Positions 1 to 9,409 are shown, counted from the first letter of the stretch. The stretch is DNA of 64,000 nt from Candidatus Omnitrophota bacterium (GCA_042571705.1 JBHPFV010000001.1:110630-174629); one strand, 5' to 3'. Notes: a model not told the origin generated them from the letters alone. Numbers and translations: made by a program.

Positions 1-1734
1 AGCCGCCGGCCCCAAGGATATGATTGCGACCGTGAGAAATTTATCGGGCCTTATCGCAGTGAAGAGGATCCACAAGCCGTAGCCCGGGGAAGGTCTTTTA
101 ATTCTCAGGCCTCAGGCGGCAATCCGATCGGCTCACTATCTTTTAATTTGCGGCTTAAGCCCCAAGAGACAAAACAGCTGGTGTTTGTGCTCGGTGTGGA
201 GCAGGATAAAGTTCGCGCCCGGCGCAAGGTCAAAAAATTCAGCGACTTAAGCCTGGCGCGTAATGAGTTGCATAAACTTAAGTTAAACTGGAAAAGCTAT
301 CTCAACAGCTTGAGCGTAGATAGCGTGGATAAAGAGTTAAACGCGATGATCAATACCTGGAATGCCTATCAGTGCCGGACCACCTTTAATTGGTCGCGTT
401 CGGCTTCTTATTATGAATCCGGCATCGGCCGGGGGATGGGCTTCCGCGATTCTAACCAGGACTGTTTAGGCGCCCTGCACCGGCTTCCGGAGCGCATCAG
501 ACAACGCATTATCGATTTGGCCGGCAACCAATTTAAGGACGGCAGCGCCTTTCACCAATATTTTCCGCTGACCAAAAAGGGTGACAAGACCGGCTATTCC
601 GATGACCATCTCTGGCTGATTGTCTCTACCGCCGGCTATATAAAGGAAAGCGGAGATACTCAATTCTTGAACCGCCGGATTCGTTTTGCTGATGGCGGAA
701 AAGATACGCTGTATAGCCATTTGGTGCGGGCCATCGCCTATTCCTTTAAACATGTCGGCCGCCATGGCCTGCCGCTGATGGGCTACGCTGATTGGAACGA
801 CTGCCTGAATAATATGGGCCCGGGCGCCGAGAGTGTCTGGGTGGCCCAGTTGCTTTGTTTTGGCTGTAAGGAAATGGCCAGACTGGCTGAATTTATCGGC
901 AAGACCAAAGAGAGCAAAAGATTTAAGCGCCAGGCCGCCAAGATGCAAGAGACGATTAACCGGGTGGCTTGGGACGGCAACTGGTATATCCGGGCCTTTG
1001 ATACCAACGGCAAACCGGTGGGCTCTTCACGCTGCAAAGAGGGTAAAATTTATCTGAACACCCAATCCTGGGCGGTGTTGGCGGATATCGCCCCGCGTAA
1101 GCGACTGACTAAATGTATGAATATGGTTAAGAAGCATCTGGATACCAAATATGGGATAATCTTACTTAATCCGCCTTATACCAGCTTTGACCCAAAAATT
1201 GGCGCGATCGGGACATTTGCCCCCGGGTTAAAAGAAAACGCCGGGATCTTCTGTCACGCTAATCCCTGGGCGGTAATTGCCGAGGTGGCCTTGGGCCGGG
1301 GGACGCAGGCCTTTGATTACTACAAAAAGATTGCCCCGCCGGCCTATAATAAGAGGCCGGATATTCATAACACCGAGGCCTATATTTACTCACAATTTAT
1401 CGCCGGTAAAGATAGTCAGGAATTCGGCCGGGCCAAGAACTCCTGGCTGACCGGTTCAGCGACCTGGAATTTTGTGGCCGCGACCTGGCATATCCTGGGG
1501 ATCCGGCCTGATTACGCCGGGTTAAGAGTGGATCCTTGCATTCCCAAAAATTGGCCCGGATTTAAGGTCGAGCGAGTGTTCAGAAAGACCCGCTACAGCA
1601 TTGAAGTCAAAAACCCGGCCCGGGTTTCAAAAGGCGTAAAAAAGGTTTATGTCGACGAAAACCTGATTGCCGGCAATGTCCTGCCGGTGTTTAAAGACAA
1701 AAAAACGCACCAAGTCAAAGTTATTATGGGATGA
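1..1734 (+). CDS. GH94-family glycan phosphorylase (cellobiose/chitobiose phosphorylase-like), 5' end outside window
   Basis: Frame 1 is open from nt 1 (SRRPQGYDCDREKFIGPYRSEEDP...) and continues into the 148..1734 ORF, so the N-terminus lies outside the window. Motifs GRGMGFRDSNQD and GYADWNDCLN match the GH94 catalytic domain. Confidence 0.8.
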   Translation, partial: SRRPQGYDCDREKFIGPYRSEEDPQAVARGRSFNSQASGGNPIGSLSFNLRLKPQETKQLVFVLGVEQDKVRARRKVKKFSDLSLARNELHKLKLNWKSYLNSLSVDSVDKELNAMINTWNAYQCRTTFNWSRSASYYESGIGRGMGFRDSNQDCLGALHRLPERIRQRIIDLAGNQFKDGSAFHQYFPLTKKGDKTGYSDDHLWLIVSTAGYIKESGDTQFLNRRIRFADGGKDTLYSHLVRAIAYSFKHVGRHGLPLMGYADWNDCLNNMGPGAESVWVAQLLCFGCKEMARLAEFIGKTKESKRFKRQAAKMQETINRVAWDGNWYIRAFDTNGKPVGSSRCKEGKIYLNTQSWAVLADIAPRKRLTKCMNMVKKHLDTKYGIILLNPPYTSFDPKIGAIGTFAPGLKENAGIFCHANPWAVIAEVALGRGTQAFDYYKKIAPPAYNKRPDIHNTEAYIYSQFIAGKDSQEFGRAKNSWLTGSATWNFVAATWHILGIRPDYAGLRVDPCIPKNWPGFKVERVFRKTRYSIEVKNPARVSKGVKKVYVDENLIAGNVLPVFKDKKTHQVKVIMG

Positions 1735-3890
1735 AATATACATCCAAGGATAAGTTAAAGTCCGGGGTACATTTGGGCGGCTTAGGTTGCGGCACGCTGC
1801 AGATCTTTCCCGACGGCACCAGAGGCGTCTTTACCGGACAAAATAATTGGGAACGCCCTTTGGGGACGCTGCATTGGTTTCGTAAGGGTGCCGGCGGCGA
1901 TTACCGGGTGGCCAATCCTTTTGCCATCTATGTGGAAAAGAAAGGCCGGACTCACGCCAAGCTGCTGCAGACCGTGGCCTTAGCCGGTTTACCCACCGTC
2001 AAAGAGATTCAATATCAAGGCTCCTATCCGATCGCTGATCTGGAATTCAAAGATCAGGATCTGCCGCTAAAGATAAAATTAAAGGCCTTTTCTCCGTTAA
2101 TTAAAGAAGACTACAAGAACTCCGGCTTACCCGGCGCTATTTATACGTTCCGCCTGCACAACCCCGCCAGTACTCCGATTACAGTTTCTTTATTAGCTTC
2201 CGGAATAAACTCCAACGGCGACTGGAATGTCGGCCGCTATAATCAAGTGGTTAATGATGGCCGGTTAATCGGGATTAATTTTCACAAAAAAAACGCCCGG
2301 CCCACAGATCCGACAACAGGAACCTTAAGCCTGGCTACCAATTGCCGCCAGGGCAAAATAAGTTATCTGGGCCAGTGGCAATACGCCAAACAGGCCTTTC
2401 GGGGTAAATTGACTGACCGGGATTTTACGGCCTGGAAGTATTTTGCCGCCGACGGCACACTGCCGAACACTAATCCTCAGCGTGAGGCTTATGGTGAATT
2501 TGATGAGTGGATGGCGGCTTTAGCCTGTAAATTTAAGCTCGCCGCGCATCAGACTAAAGAAGTGTCATTTTATTACACCTGGCATATGCCGCGGCATCAT
2601 TTAGGCCACAAGTATGAGCAATGGTTCAAAAATTCCTGGCAGGTGGCCGGCTACATTGACAAGAACAGGAAACAGCTGTTGAAAAAGACACTCAAGTGGC
2701 AAAAGGAATTAAATGCCTGTAAGTTACCCGATTGGCTCAAAGACGCCCTGGTGAATAACCTTTATGTTTATACCGCGGCCAGCTGGTGGACGAAAAAGAG
2801 CGATTTTGCCTTATATGAAAATACGGTCAAATGGCCGTTAATGGATTCCCTGGATGTCCGATATTACGGCACTATTGCCTTGACACTGTTCTTTCCGGAA
2901 TTGGAAAAAAGGACCATGGAGATGTTTGCCCGGGTCCAGCGCCCCGACGGACGGATTGTCCACGATTTGGGCAAAAGCCAGCTGAACTGTCCTTCCGATG
3001 GGACCACCGCGGGCAAGCCCTGGAAGGATTTAAGCACCAAGTTTACCCTGATGGTCTATCGTGATTATTTATGGACCGGCGACCGGACATTCTTAAAAAA
3101 GATGTATCCGGTGCTTAAGAAGGCGATGCGCTGGCAGTTCACTACCGATAAAAATAAAGATTTTCTGCCGGATAATGAGGGTAAGGATTCCACTTTTGAT
3201 GTCTGGGATTTTAGCGGAGTTAATTCTTACACCTCTTCAGTATTTTTGGCTTCCTTGCTGGCCGGGCAAAAAATGGCTAAGATATTCGGGGATGTTGAAT
3301 TCCTAAAAAAATGCCGCGAATATTTTTTAAACGGCCGGGAGAGCTTCCAGCAAAAACTCTGGAATGGTAAATATTATATTGCCGGCTACGAAAATAACGG
3401 CAAGACTTATCAGAGCTCTCTTGCCGGACAGCTCAACGGACAGTGGTATGCCCATTTATTGGGCCTGGGCTATATTCTGCCGCGGGAGTCTGTGCGCCAG
3501 GCAGTAAAGACAATGCTGAAACTAAATACCCAGGCCAGTGAGTTTGGCGCGGTCAACTCCGTGTTTGCCGACGGAAAGATCGACCGTTCCAGTTATCACG
3601 CCGAGAATATTTGGATCGGTGAGACCTACATGCTTTGTTGTTTAGCGATCTATGAAGGTTTTGTCAAAGAAGGTTTAAGCTTAGCGCGTAAACTCTGGCT
3701 GCATATTGCCAAAGGGGCGCTCAACCCCTGGTCGCAAACCGATGTAATTTACGCTAAAAATGGACGGCTCGGGGATGGTGAGCTGTATCTGCGTAATGTC
3801 GCGATTTGGGGCATCCCGCTGGCGTTAGCCAGAACACCGCAGGGCAAGTCGTTGGCCAAATGTCCCTTGTTCAAGAAAGCACTTCGATAA
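1731..3890 (+). CDS. GH116 / GBA2-type beta-glucosidase-like protein
   Basis: 719 aa. The N-terminal GGLGCGTLQIFPDGT... and the overall size and layout resemble GBA2/GH116 enzymes. ATGA overlap with the upstream GH94 gene suggests co-translation. Confidence 0.65.
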   Translation: MKYTSKDKLKSGVHLGGLGCGTLQIFPDGTRGVFTGQNNWERPLGTLHWFRKGAGGDYRVANPFAIYVEKKGRTHAKLLQTVALAGLPTVKEIQYQGSYPIADLEFKDQDLPLKIKLKAFSPLIKEDYKNSGLPGAIYTFRLHNPASTPITVSLLASGINSNGDWNVGRYNQVVNDGRLIGINFHKKNARPTDPTTGTLSLATNCRQGKISYLGQWQYAKQAFRGKLTDRDFTAWKYFAADGTLPNTNPQREAYGEFDEWMAALACKFKLAAHQTKEVSFYYTWHMPRHHLGHKYEQWFKNSWQVAGYIDKNRKQLLKKTLKWQKELNACKLPDWLKDALVNNLYVYTAASWWTKKSDFALYENTVKWPLMDSLDVRYYGTIALTLFFPELEKRTMEMFARVQRPDGRIVHDLGKSQLNCPSDGTTAGKPWKDLSTKFTLMVYRDYLWTGDRTFLKKMYPVLKKAMRWQFTTDKNKDFLPDNEGKDSTFDVWDFSGVNSYTSSVFLASLLAGQKMAKIFGDVEFLKKCREYFLNGRESFQQKLWNGKYYIAGYENNGKTYQSSLAGQLNGQWYAHLLGLGYILPRESVRQAVKTMLKLNTQASEFGAVNSVFADGKIDRSSYHAENIWIGETYMLCCLAIYEGFVKEGLSLARKLWLHIAKGALNPWSQTDVIYAKNGRLGDGELYLRNVAIWGIPLALARTPQGKSLAKCPLFKKALR

Positions 3891-3904
3891 ATTTCTAATT
3901 CCTA

Positions 3905-5155
3905 ATGAAATTCCTAAAAACTATCTTATCTTTATTTTGTATTGCTGGTTTGATTTTCATGGCTGGGTGCTCAGGTCCGGAATCAGCCTCAGAAAAGCAG
4001 GCTGATCAGCCTCAGCAGTTGCTGATGTGGCTGGTCGGCGCGGAAAGCCAGGCCAGGGTAGTGCAGCAGATCGGCCAAGAGTTTTTCCAAGCGGCCAACG
4101 TTGATTTTATTTGCGAGGCGGTCTCTTGGGGCAATGCCCGCACTAAATATTTGACCTGCATCGCCGGCAACCTAATCCCGGATATTGGCACGATGGGACT
4201 GACCTGGGGCACGGAATTCGGCAATTTGGGGGCGATGGTGGATTTGGCCGCCCGATTCCCCGAAGATATCGAAAAAATTAAAGAAAATACATTTTCCGGT
4301 CTTTGGAATGCGGTTGATTATCAAGGCAGTGTCTACGGTGTTGCTTTTGATTTGAGTCTACAAACAATGTTTTACCGCCAGGATATTATCCCTAATCCGC
4401 CTCTTGACTGGCAGGAATTTACAGATTTATTGATTAGCCTAAAACAGCAGGATAAGGGCATGATTTTTGATTGGGGCTCAATCAGCTGGATTGGCTACGC
4501 CCCCTATCTCTGGCAGGCCGGCGGTGACTTTTATAATCCGCAAGGCAGCAAGTCCACTTTAGATTCCGATCAAGCCGTGGCGGCCTTGGAGTTCTTTGCC
4601 AGTCTTTATAACGAATTCGGGATATTAAAGGCCAGGATTCCTTTAGAACAGGGCATGCGCAGCGGAGATTTTCCTCTGGCCATTGCCGGAAATTGGAAAA
4701 TCGATAACCTCAGGCTATCCGCTCCGGAGATTGCCGGGAAATGGTCGATCGCGCTGCTACCGGCCGGGCCGACCACTAAGAACACCGCTTTTCTCGGTGG
4801 ACGGGTGTTGGGGATATTCAATAAATCAAAAAATAAACAAATGGCCTGGGAATTTATCAAGCACTTGTTTGATCCGGAGATTCAGATTAGATTATATCAA
4901 GCCGCCCGAGAGGCCCAGGATTCTTATTTGCCTTCCAATATTAGCAGTTGGAATAAATTACCGATGGAAACAGGATTAAAGCGGGTATTGCAGGCACAGG
5001 CCGAGGATGCCCAGGGCCCGCCCGCTGTTTTAGGCTGGGATGAGAGCACCAGATTTATTGAGCAGGCGATACAAAGGGTAGTTTTGCAGGGCGCTGATGC
5101 CCGGGAAGAACTGGGGCAGGCGACACAAAAGTTAGATCAGAATCTCAAGAAATAA
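3905..5155 (+). CDS. ABC-transporter extracellular solute-binding lipoprotein (sugar-type, family 1), orphan
   Basis: 416 aa with a lipoprotein signal (...GLIFMAGC-SG) and a family-1 SBP-like sequence. No permease or ATPase gene is adjacent. Confidence 0.75.
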   Translation: MKFLKTILSLFCIAGLIFMAGCSGPESASEKQADQPQQLLMWLVGAESQARVVQQIGQEFFQAANVDFICEAVSWGNARTKYLTCIAGNLIPDIGTMGLTWGTEFGNLGAMVDLAARFPEDIEKIKENTFSGLWNAVDYQGSVYGVAFDLSLQTMFYRQDIIPNPPLDWQEFTDLLISLKQQDKGMIFDWGSISWIGYAPYLWQAGGDFYNPQGSKSTLDSDQAVAALEFFASLYNEFGILKARIPLEQGMRSGDFPLAIAGNWKIDNLRLSAPEIAGKWSIALLPAGPTTKNTAFLGGRVLGIFNKSKNKQMAWEFIKHLFDPEIQIRLYQAAREAQDSYLPSNISSWNKLPMETGLKRVLQAQAEDAQGPPAVLGWDESTRFIEQAIQRVVLQGADAREELGQATQKLDQNLKK

Positions 5156-5226
5156 TATAACTTAACATATTGTAAAATAACAAGTTATGTAAATTTATCC
5201 GCAGCATTTTTCCTTGGGTCCAGCCC

Positions 5227-5255
5227 TTGACAATGCTGCCTTTTTATGATATACT
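5227..5255 (+). promoter_or_regulatory. sigma70-like promoter (TTGACA-17 nt-TATACT, TG 2 nt upstream of the -10)
   Basis: TTGACA at 5227-5232, 17-nt spacer, TATACT at 5250-5255, read directly from the sequence. Confidence 0.55.
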
Positions 5256-5295
5256 TGTTCTGAGCAGTTAAGAGTAAAAAAAGTTAGGTTTTCAA

Positions 5296-5337
5296 GACCG
5301 ATTGTCGGTCAAACGGGCGGCAATAGCGGTCTTTTTT
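5296..5337 (+). terminator. intrinsic terminator-like hairpin plus T6
   Basis: GACCG-ATTG-tCG (5296-5307) pairs with CGg-CAAT-ag-CGGTC (5317-5331), about 12 bp with a bulge, followed by TTTTTT (5332-5337). It lies only ~75 nt downstream of the 5227 promoter. Confidence 0.5.
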
Positions 5338-5401
5338 ATTTACACCCTTTGATTACACACGTCGCACGGGGGAAAAGGAGGTATAATTTTTGAAAATTTT
5401 C

Positions 5402-5431
5402 TTGACCGCAGAGTGTTAATTATGTTACAAT
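5402..5431 (+). promoter_or_regulatory. sigma70-like promoter (TTGACC-18 nt-TACAAT)
   Basis: TTGACC at 5402-5407, TG at 5423-5424, TACAAT at 5426-5431. About 55 nt upstream of the 5487 ATG, which has the SD GAAGGAGG. Confidence 0.55.
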
Positions 5432-5486
5432 GAGGCACTGTTGATAAAAGGCTTTAAAAAGTATTTGATTTAGAAGGAGGCTACGC

Positions 5487-6071
5487 ATGAGAGTTGGGCT
5501 ATGTTTATTGTTAGTTGCTAGTTTAATGTTAGCTAGCGGTGTTGGTTTTTGCGAAGAGAAAGTCCTGTTTGGTTTTGAAGATAGTGCCAATATGTGGGAG
5601 ATCCCCGATTGGGCTTATGAGAAAGATGATTATGTCGGAGACAACATCACCCTTTCGAACAAATTCGCCAAAGAAGGCCAATCTTCTTTAGAATTACTGA
5701 CTGATTTTCCCGGCGCCAAATGGACCGCGGCCTATTTAGAGACCCAGGCATATTTTGACTGGACGCCGTATAAAACTATTTCCGCGGATGTGTTTCTACC
5801 CGCCGATGCCCCGTTCGGCTTAAAGGCTAAAATGATCCTGACCGTGGGTGAGGAATGGAAATGGACCGAGATGAGCCGGTTTGTCAAATTGATCCCCGGA
5901 GAGTGGGTAACGATCACCGCCAGCCTTGATCCAGGAAACACTGATTGGCGCAAGACCGAAGTTACTGAAGGATTCCGCTCCGATGTACGCAAGATGGGCA
6001 TCAGGATTGCCTCCAACATGCAGCCCAAATACAGCGGCCCGATCTATCTTGATAATGTACATGTAAAATAG
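5487..6071 (+). CDS. secreted single-domain protein, CBM/jelly-roll-like (lectin-like)
   Basis: 194 aa with a strong SD and a Sec signal peptide. The remainder resembles a carbohydrate-binding-module-type beta-sandwich ending ...GPIYLDNVHV. A similar C-terminal domain occurs in the 60364..61278 protein (...SVLYVEDIAI). Confidence 0.5.
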   Translation: MRVGLCLLLVASLMLASGVGFCEEKVLFGFEDSANMWEIPDWAYEKDDYVGDNITLSNKFAKEGQSSLELLTDFPGAKWTAAYLETQAYFDWTPYKTISADVFLPADAPFGLKAKMILTVGEEWKWTEMSRFVKLIPGEWVTITASLDPGNTDWRKTEVTEGFRSDVRKMGIRIASNMQPKYSGPIYLDNVHVK

Positions 6072-6088
6072 CGTAGAGCGTAAAGTTA

Positions 6089-6676
6089 ATGAAAAAAAAC
6101 CTAATAATTCTGTTTCTATTGTGGGTGAGTTTAGCGCCGAGAGTTTGTTTTGCGGAAACGGTCAGCGTCACCGCAAGCAGCGCCTTTTCGGTGGCGGAGG
6201 TATTTACTTTAGAATTTTATGATCGCGAACCAGGCAAATACCTTTACTCCACAGAAATACCTTTTACTAACATGGACCCCAGTAAGACCTGGGTTTTAGC
6301 GGACGGCCGCAGAGAAGGTGACGGAAAAAACGATTTGGGGCTTTTATGCAGCACCAACCTGGGCGAGACCTGGTATTTAAAAATACACGGCAGCCCCAAT
6401 AATGTATTCTTGAGTAAGATTCAATACGGTTTATGGCGGCCCTGGAATCTGAATGCGGGCGCAGCCGCTAACGGCAATTTGAACGAAGGATGGATTCCCT
6501 TACCGGCCGCCGCGGTTACAGTTTATAGCGCCGGCAGCAATGATTTGAACAACCTCGGGCCGGAGGCGCAGCAGGGCACACTTTGCGGATTTAGTTTTGC
6601 GGTTGACCCCAGCCGGCTGGATCCCAAAACAGTGCACCGCTGCACAATCCAATTTACGCTAACCACAAATATTTAA
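6089..6676 (+). CDS. secreted beta-rich fibre-subunit-like protein (paralog 1)
   Basis: 195 aa with a signal peptide (…PRVCFA-ET). Clear paralog of 6693..7283: FTLEFY/FSLEFY, IPFTNMDPS/VPFTSVDPG, DGRREGDGKNDLGLL/DGRAEDDGKSDVGLL, WYLKI/WYLKV, C-terminal TIQFTLTT/SVTYTLTQ. Confidence 0.6.
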   Translation: MKKNLIILFLLWVSLAPRVCFAETVSVTASSAFSVAEVFTLEFYDREPGKYLYSTEIPFTNMDPSKTWVLADGRREGDGKNDLGLLCSTNLGETWYLKIHGSPNNVFLSKIQYGLWRPWNLNAGAAANGNLNEGWIPLPAAAVTVYSAGSNDLNNLGPEAQQGTLCGFSFAVDPSRLDPKTVHRCTIQFTLTTNI

Positions 6677-6692
6677 ATCAGCAAAAGAGGAG

Positions 6693-7283
6693 GTGAAAAA
6701 GAAGATGAAGAAGATTTTGCTAAGCGCAATAATGGCTGTTGCCATTTTGGCAATCGCTCATAATGTTTACGCGCAGGACCAGAGCCTCTCAACAACGGTA
6801 ACCGGCACTGTAGCCAGTATATTCTCACTTGAGTTTTACACTGATGCCAACGTGTTATATTCAAGCACCGTTCCCTTTACCAGTGTAGATCCCGGTGATC
6901 AATATAACTACCCTGACGGCAGAGCGGAGGATGATGGCAAATCAGATGTTGGGCTTTTGGTGACCTCAAACCAGAGCACTCCTTGGTATCTGAAGGTTGG
7001 CCTTACTCCCGGTTCAGAACTAACTAGTAAGCTGGCCTATTATATGGGACAGCCTTACAATCGGAACTGGGGAACTCCCTCAGATGGCTCAATCGGACAC
7101 GGTGACTGGTTCAATATTCCCTCAAATATCGCTCCGGAAACAATGTATACAGCCGGGACAGCGGACCAATTGAATACACCGTTTGGCACATTAGCCACTT
7201 TGAGTTTTAAGATCGACGGCGCAGGATTAAGTCCTGGCGGTAAAACTGTCTCAGTCACGTATACCTTGACTCAAACTCCGTAA
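6693..7283 (+). CDS. secreted beta-rich fibre-subunit-like protein (paralog 2)
   Basis: 196 aa with SD GAGGAGG upstream and a signal peptide (…HNVYA-QD). Paralogous to 6089..6676. The C-terminal strand GGKTVSVTYTLTQTP resembles SCPU/DUF4402/WxL-type terminal strands. Confidence 0.6.
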   Translation: MKKKMKKILLSAIMAVAILAIAHNVYAQDQSLSTTVTGTVASIFSLEFYTDANVLYSSTVPFTSVDPGDQYNYPDGRAEDDGKSDVGLLVTSNQSTPWYLKVGLTPGSELTSKLAYYMGQPYNRNWGTPSDGSIGHGDWFNIPSNIAPETMYTAGTADQLNTPFGTLATLSFKIDGAGLSPGGKTVSVTYTLTQTP

Positions 7284-7384
7284 TCCGTTTTCGGAATCGA
7301 GGAGTGTCGAAATAATTTAGCTCATAGAGGAGGGGTGTATCTTTTTGTTTGAAATTTGGCAAGGATAGTGGTATAATTCTTACT

Positions 7385-7912
7385 ATGAATAAATGTTTAC
7401 TATTAGGCTGCTTAATTACTGCACTAGCCTTTCTGCCCGGGTCGGGCCTCGCTGACCAGCTGACCGAGGATGTATTTGCCTCGGTAATTGTCACGCCCAC
7501 CTTTAACATCACTGTTGATAATGATTTCCTTGACTTTGGTCTGGTTAATCCCGGAGAAAGCGCGACTTTAAAGCCAGCCTCACATTTTAACACGGTCAGC
7601 TTTATTTCCAACAAGGCCAGGAAGTATTATCTTAAGATTACGATTCATGGTGATATTAGCGGGCCCAAGGGGGCCAGGATACCTGATTCCAGCGTCAAGT
7701 GGAAGGTGGTTCGGGCCTCAGGCAGCGGAGTGGCCGTAAATGGTTGGCAGGAATTTTCCGATCAACCGTTGTTGGTTTATACCAGCTCAGCCGAAGACGC
7801 AACTGGCGCGGCCAACAAAATAGACTTTCAGTATCGGCTGGATTTACCGCCTCAAGCCTCAGGCGGTAATTATAGCCTGCAATTAGCCTATTCTCTGACT
7901 GAGGAGAAATGA
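7385..7912 (+). CDS. secreted beta-rich fibre-subunit-like protein (paralog 3)
   Basis: Starting at ATG 7385 gives a clean signal peptide (MNKCLLLGCLITALAFLPGSGLA-DQ); TTG 7349 is an alternative start. Motifs: FLDFGLVNPGE, YYLKITIHG, C-terminal ASGGNYSLQLAYSLTEE. Confidence 0.55.
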   Translation: MNKCLLLGCLITALAFLPGSGLADQLTEDVFASVIVTPTFNITVDNDFLDFGLVNPGESATLKPASHFNTVSFISNKARKYYLKITIHGDISGPKGARIPDSSVKWKVVRASGSGVAVNGWQEFSDQPLLVYTSSAEDATGAANKIDFQYRLDLPPQASGGNYSLQLAYSLTEEK

Positions 7913-8409
7913 TGTCTAAGCGATGGTTGCTTATTTTTCTTTTGTTGTTCGCTTTTTTCGCTAAAGATTGCTGGGCGGCTTTTGAGTTTTCTTTAGCCGA
8001 AGGCTACCGGACCATTGATTTTGGCGCGATGGAGCTGAATGAAGAGGAAACTATAGCCGCCAGAGGCGGATATGAACACCAGTTTAATTGCACTTCCGAT
8101 CAGGGCCGGACCTGGCATTTTAAGGCCCAGCTGATCAGGCCTTTTACCAGCGGGACCCAGACCATACCCGCTGAAAACTTGCAGTGGGTGGTCGAGCGGG
8201 TGGGAGCTGGTCGGGGTTTTGTTTCCACCAGTCTTTCTACACCTAGTCCTTTTTCCACCAGTCCGGCGTCAATTTATACCAGCGCTGATACCGACAATAC
8301 CGGCACCGAAGTTCAGATCAGATTAAGATACAAATTACGTATTCCGCAAACTCAGGCAGCCGGTACTTACACTGCGCATATTCGGTTTATTATGGTTGAG
8401 GAGCTCTAA
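7909..8409 (+). CDS. secreted beta-rich fibre-subunit-like protein (paralog 4)
   Basis: 166 aa with an ATGA overlap with the upstream gene and a signal peptide (…AKDCWA-AF). Motifs: TIDFGAMEL, TWHFKAQL, C-terminal AAGTYTAHIRFIMVEE. Confidence 0.55.
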   Translation: MMSKRWLLIFLLLFAFFAKDCWAAFEFSLAEGYRTIDFGAMELNEEETIAARGGYEHQFNCTSDQGRTWHFKAQLIRPFTSGTQTIPAENLQWVVERVGAGRGFVSTSLSTPSPFSTSPASIYTSADTDNTGTEVQIRLRYKLRIPQTQAAGTYTAHIRFIMVEEL

Positions 8410-8414
8410 AGTTT

Positions 8415-9236
8415 ATGCTAGATAAAAAAAGCGCAGTTTGTTTGCTGACCATCTTGGCCTGCTTTTTTTTATTTGCTGATCAGCCCCAAGCCGCGGTCAA
8501 GATGAATGTCGACCCTCCCCGGGTGGAAATAACTATGGCGCCGGGTCAGGAGCAGGGCGGGCAGATCTCAATATTTAACCACGACCAGACCGGGCCGATC
8601 CATGTCAAGGCCTATGTCAATGATTTGGTCTATCTGCCCGACGGAAGCAATGACTTCTTAGCCAGCGGGACTACGCCCTGGAGCGTGGCCGACTGGGTCA
8701 AGATCAGCCCGACTGAATTCGAGGTGCCGCCGGGTGAGCCGAAGCAGGTGCGTTATATAGTGGAGATCCCCCCTGGCGCCCAGGGCGGAAGATACGGGGT
8801 GGTCTTCTTTGAGATTTCACCTAGACTCCAGGAGCTGAAAGATAAGACCGGGGCGGCGGTAAATTTAAGAATCGGCTCGATTTTTTTGCTGGTAGCCAAA
8901 GGCACAGAAGTAAATAGCGCCGAGTTAATCGACTTAAAAGTCGGCTCAGCGGACGCCGCTGGCAGCTTTGCGATATCCTGCAATATCAGAAATGACAGTA
9001 ATATCCTGGTCCGGCCATTTGGCACAGTAAAGATACTCAGTGACGCCAGCACCGAGCTGGCTGAAGTAATGATCAATGAATCAAAGTCCGGGGTCTTGCC
9101 GGGCACCAGCAGGCAATTTTCAGCTACTTACGATCAAACCAAGCTTGCTCCAGGTGAATATTCGGCGCTGGCGGTTTTAGACTACGGAGGAGAGGTTTTA
9201 TTGGGCGGACAATCCCGATTTACTATTAGTAGGTAG
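8415..9236 (+). CDS. secreted two-domain Ig-like protein, periplasmic-chaperone-like (PapD-like or DUF916/DUF3324-like)
   Basis: 273 aa with a signal peptide (…DQPQA-AV). It has two beta-sandwich-like halves. The first (VDPPRVEITMAPGQEQGGQISIFNHDQTGPIHVKAYVND...) has the 'V.P....l.pG....v.v.N' pattern of pilus chaperones and DUF916. It sits directly after the four subunit genes. Confidence 0.5.
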   Translation: MLDKKSAVCLLTILACFFLFADQPQAAVKMNVDPPRVEITMAPGQEQGGQISIFNHDQTGPIHVKAYVNDLVYLPDGSNDFLASGTTPWSVADWVKISPTEFEVPPGEPKQVRYIVEIPPGAQGGRYGVVFFEISPRLQELKDKTGAAVNLRIGSIFLLVAKGTEVNSAELIDLKVGSADAAGSFAISCNIRNDSNILVRPFGTVKILSDASTELAEVMINESKSGVLPGTSRQFSATYDQTKLAPGEYSALAVLDYGGEVLLGGQSRFTISR

Positions 9237-9261
9237 GGAGTAGGGGTTAGGTCAAAAAACA

Positions 9262-9297
9262 AGGGGGCTAAAAATCAGGCGGCCTCCTATTTTTTTT
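9262..9297 (+). terminator. intrinsic terminator-like hairpin plus T-run
   Basis: AGGGGG (9262-9267) pairs with CCTCCT (9283-9288, one G-U), followed by T8 (9290-9297) and preceded by an A-run. Confidence 0.45.
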
Positions 9298-9326
9298 GTC
9301 ACTTTGACGAAAAAGTAAAAATATCC

Positions 9327-9355
9327 TTGACAAAGTAACTATTTTATTGTATTTT
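9327..9355 (+). promoter_or_regulatory. sigma70-like promoter (TTGACA-17 nt-TATTTT with TG)
   Basis: TTGACA at 9327-9332, TG at 9348-9349, TATTTT at 9350-9355. Confidence 0.5.
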
Positions 9356-9409
9356 TAAGTATAGGTAACTAAAAGTAAGTTTAAGGGGTACTATAGTGAG
9401 GATAATATA

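Noticed and set aside
5377-5421. Nine-codon micro-ORF (TTG 5392, MKIFLTAEC) after AAGGAGG as a leader peptide
   Set aside because: It overlaps the -35/-10 of the 5402 promoter and has no obvious regulatory codon bias. The evidence is insufficient to call it.
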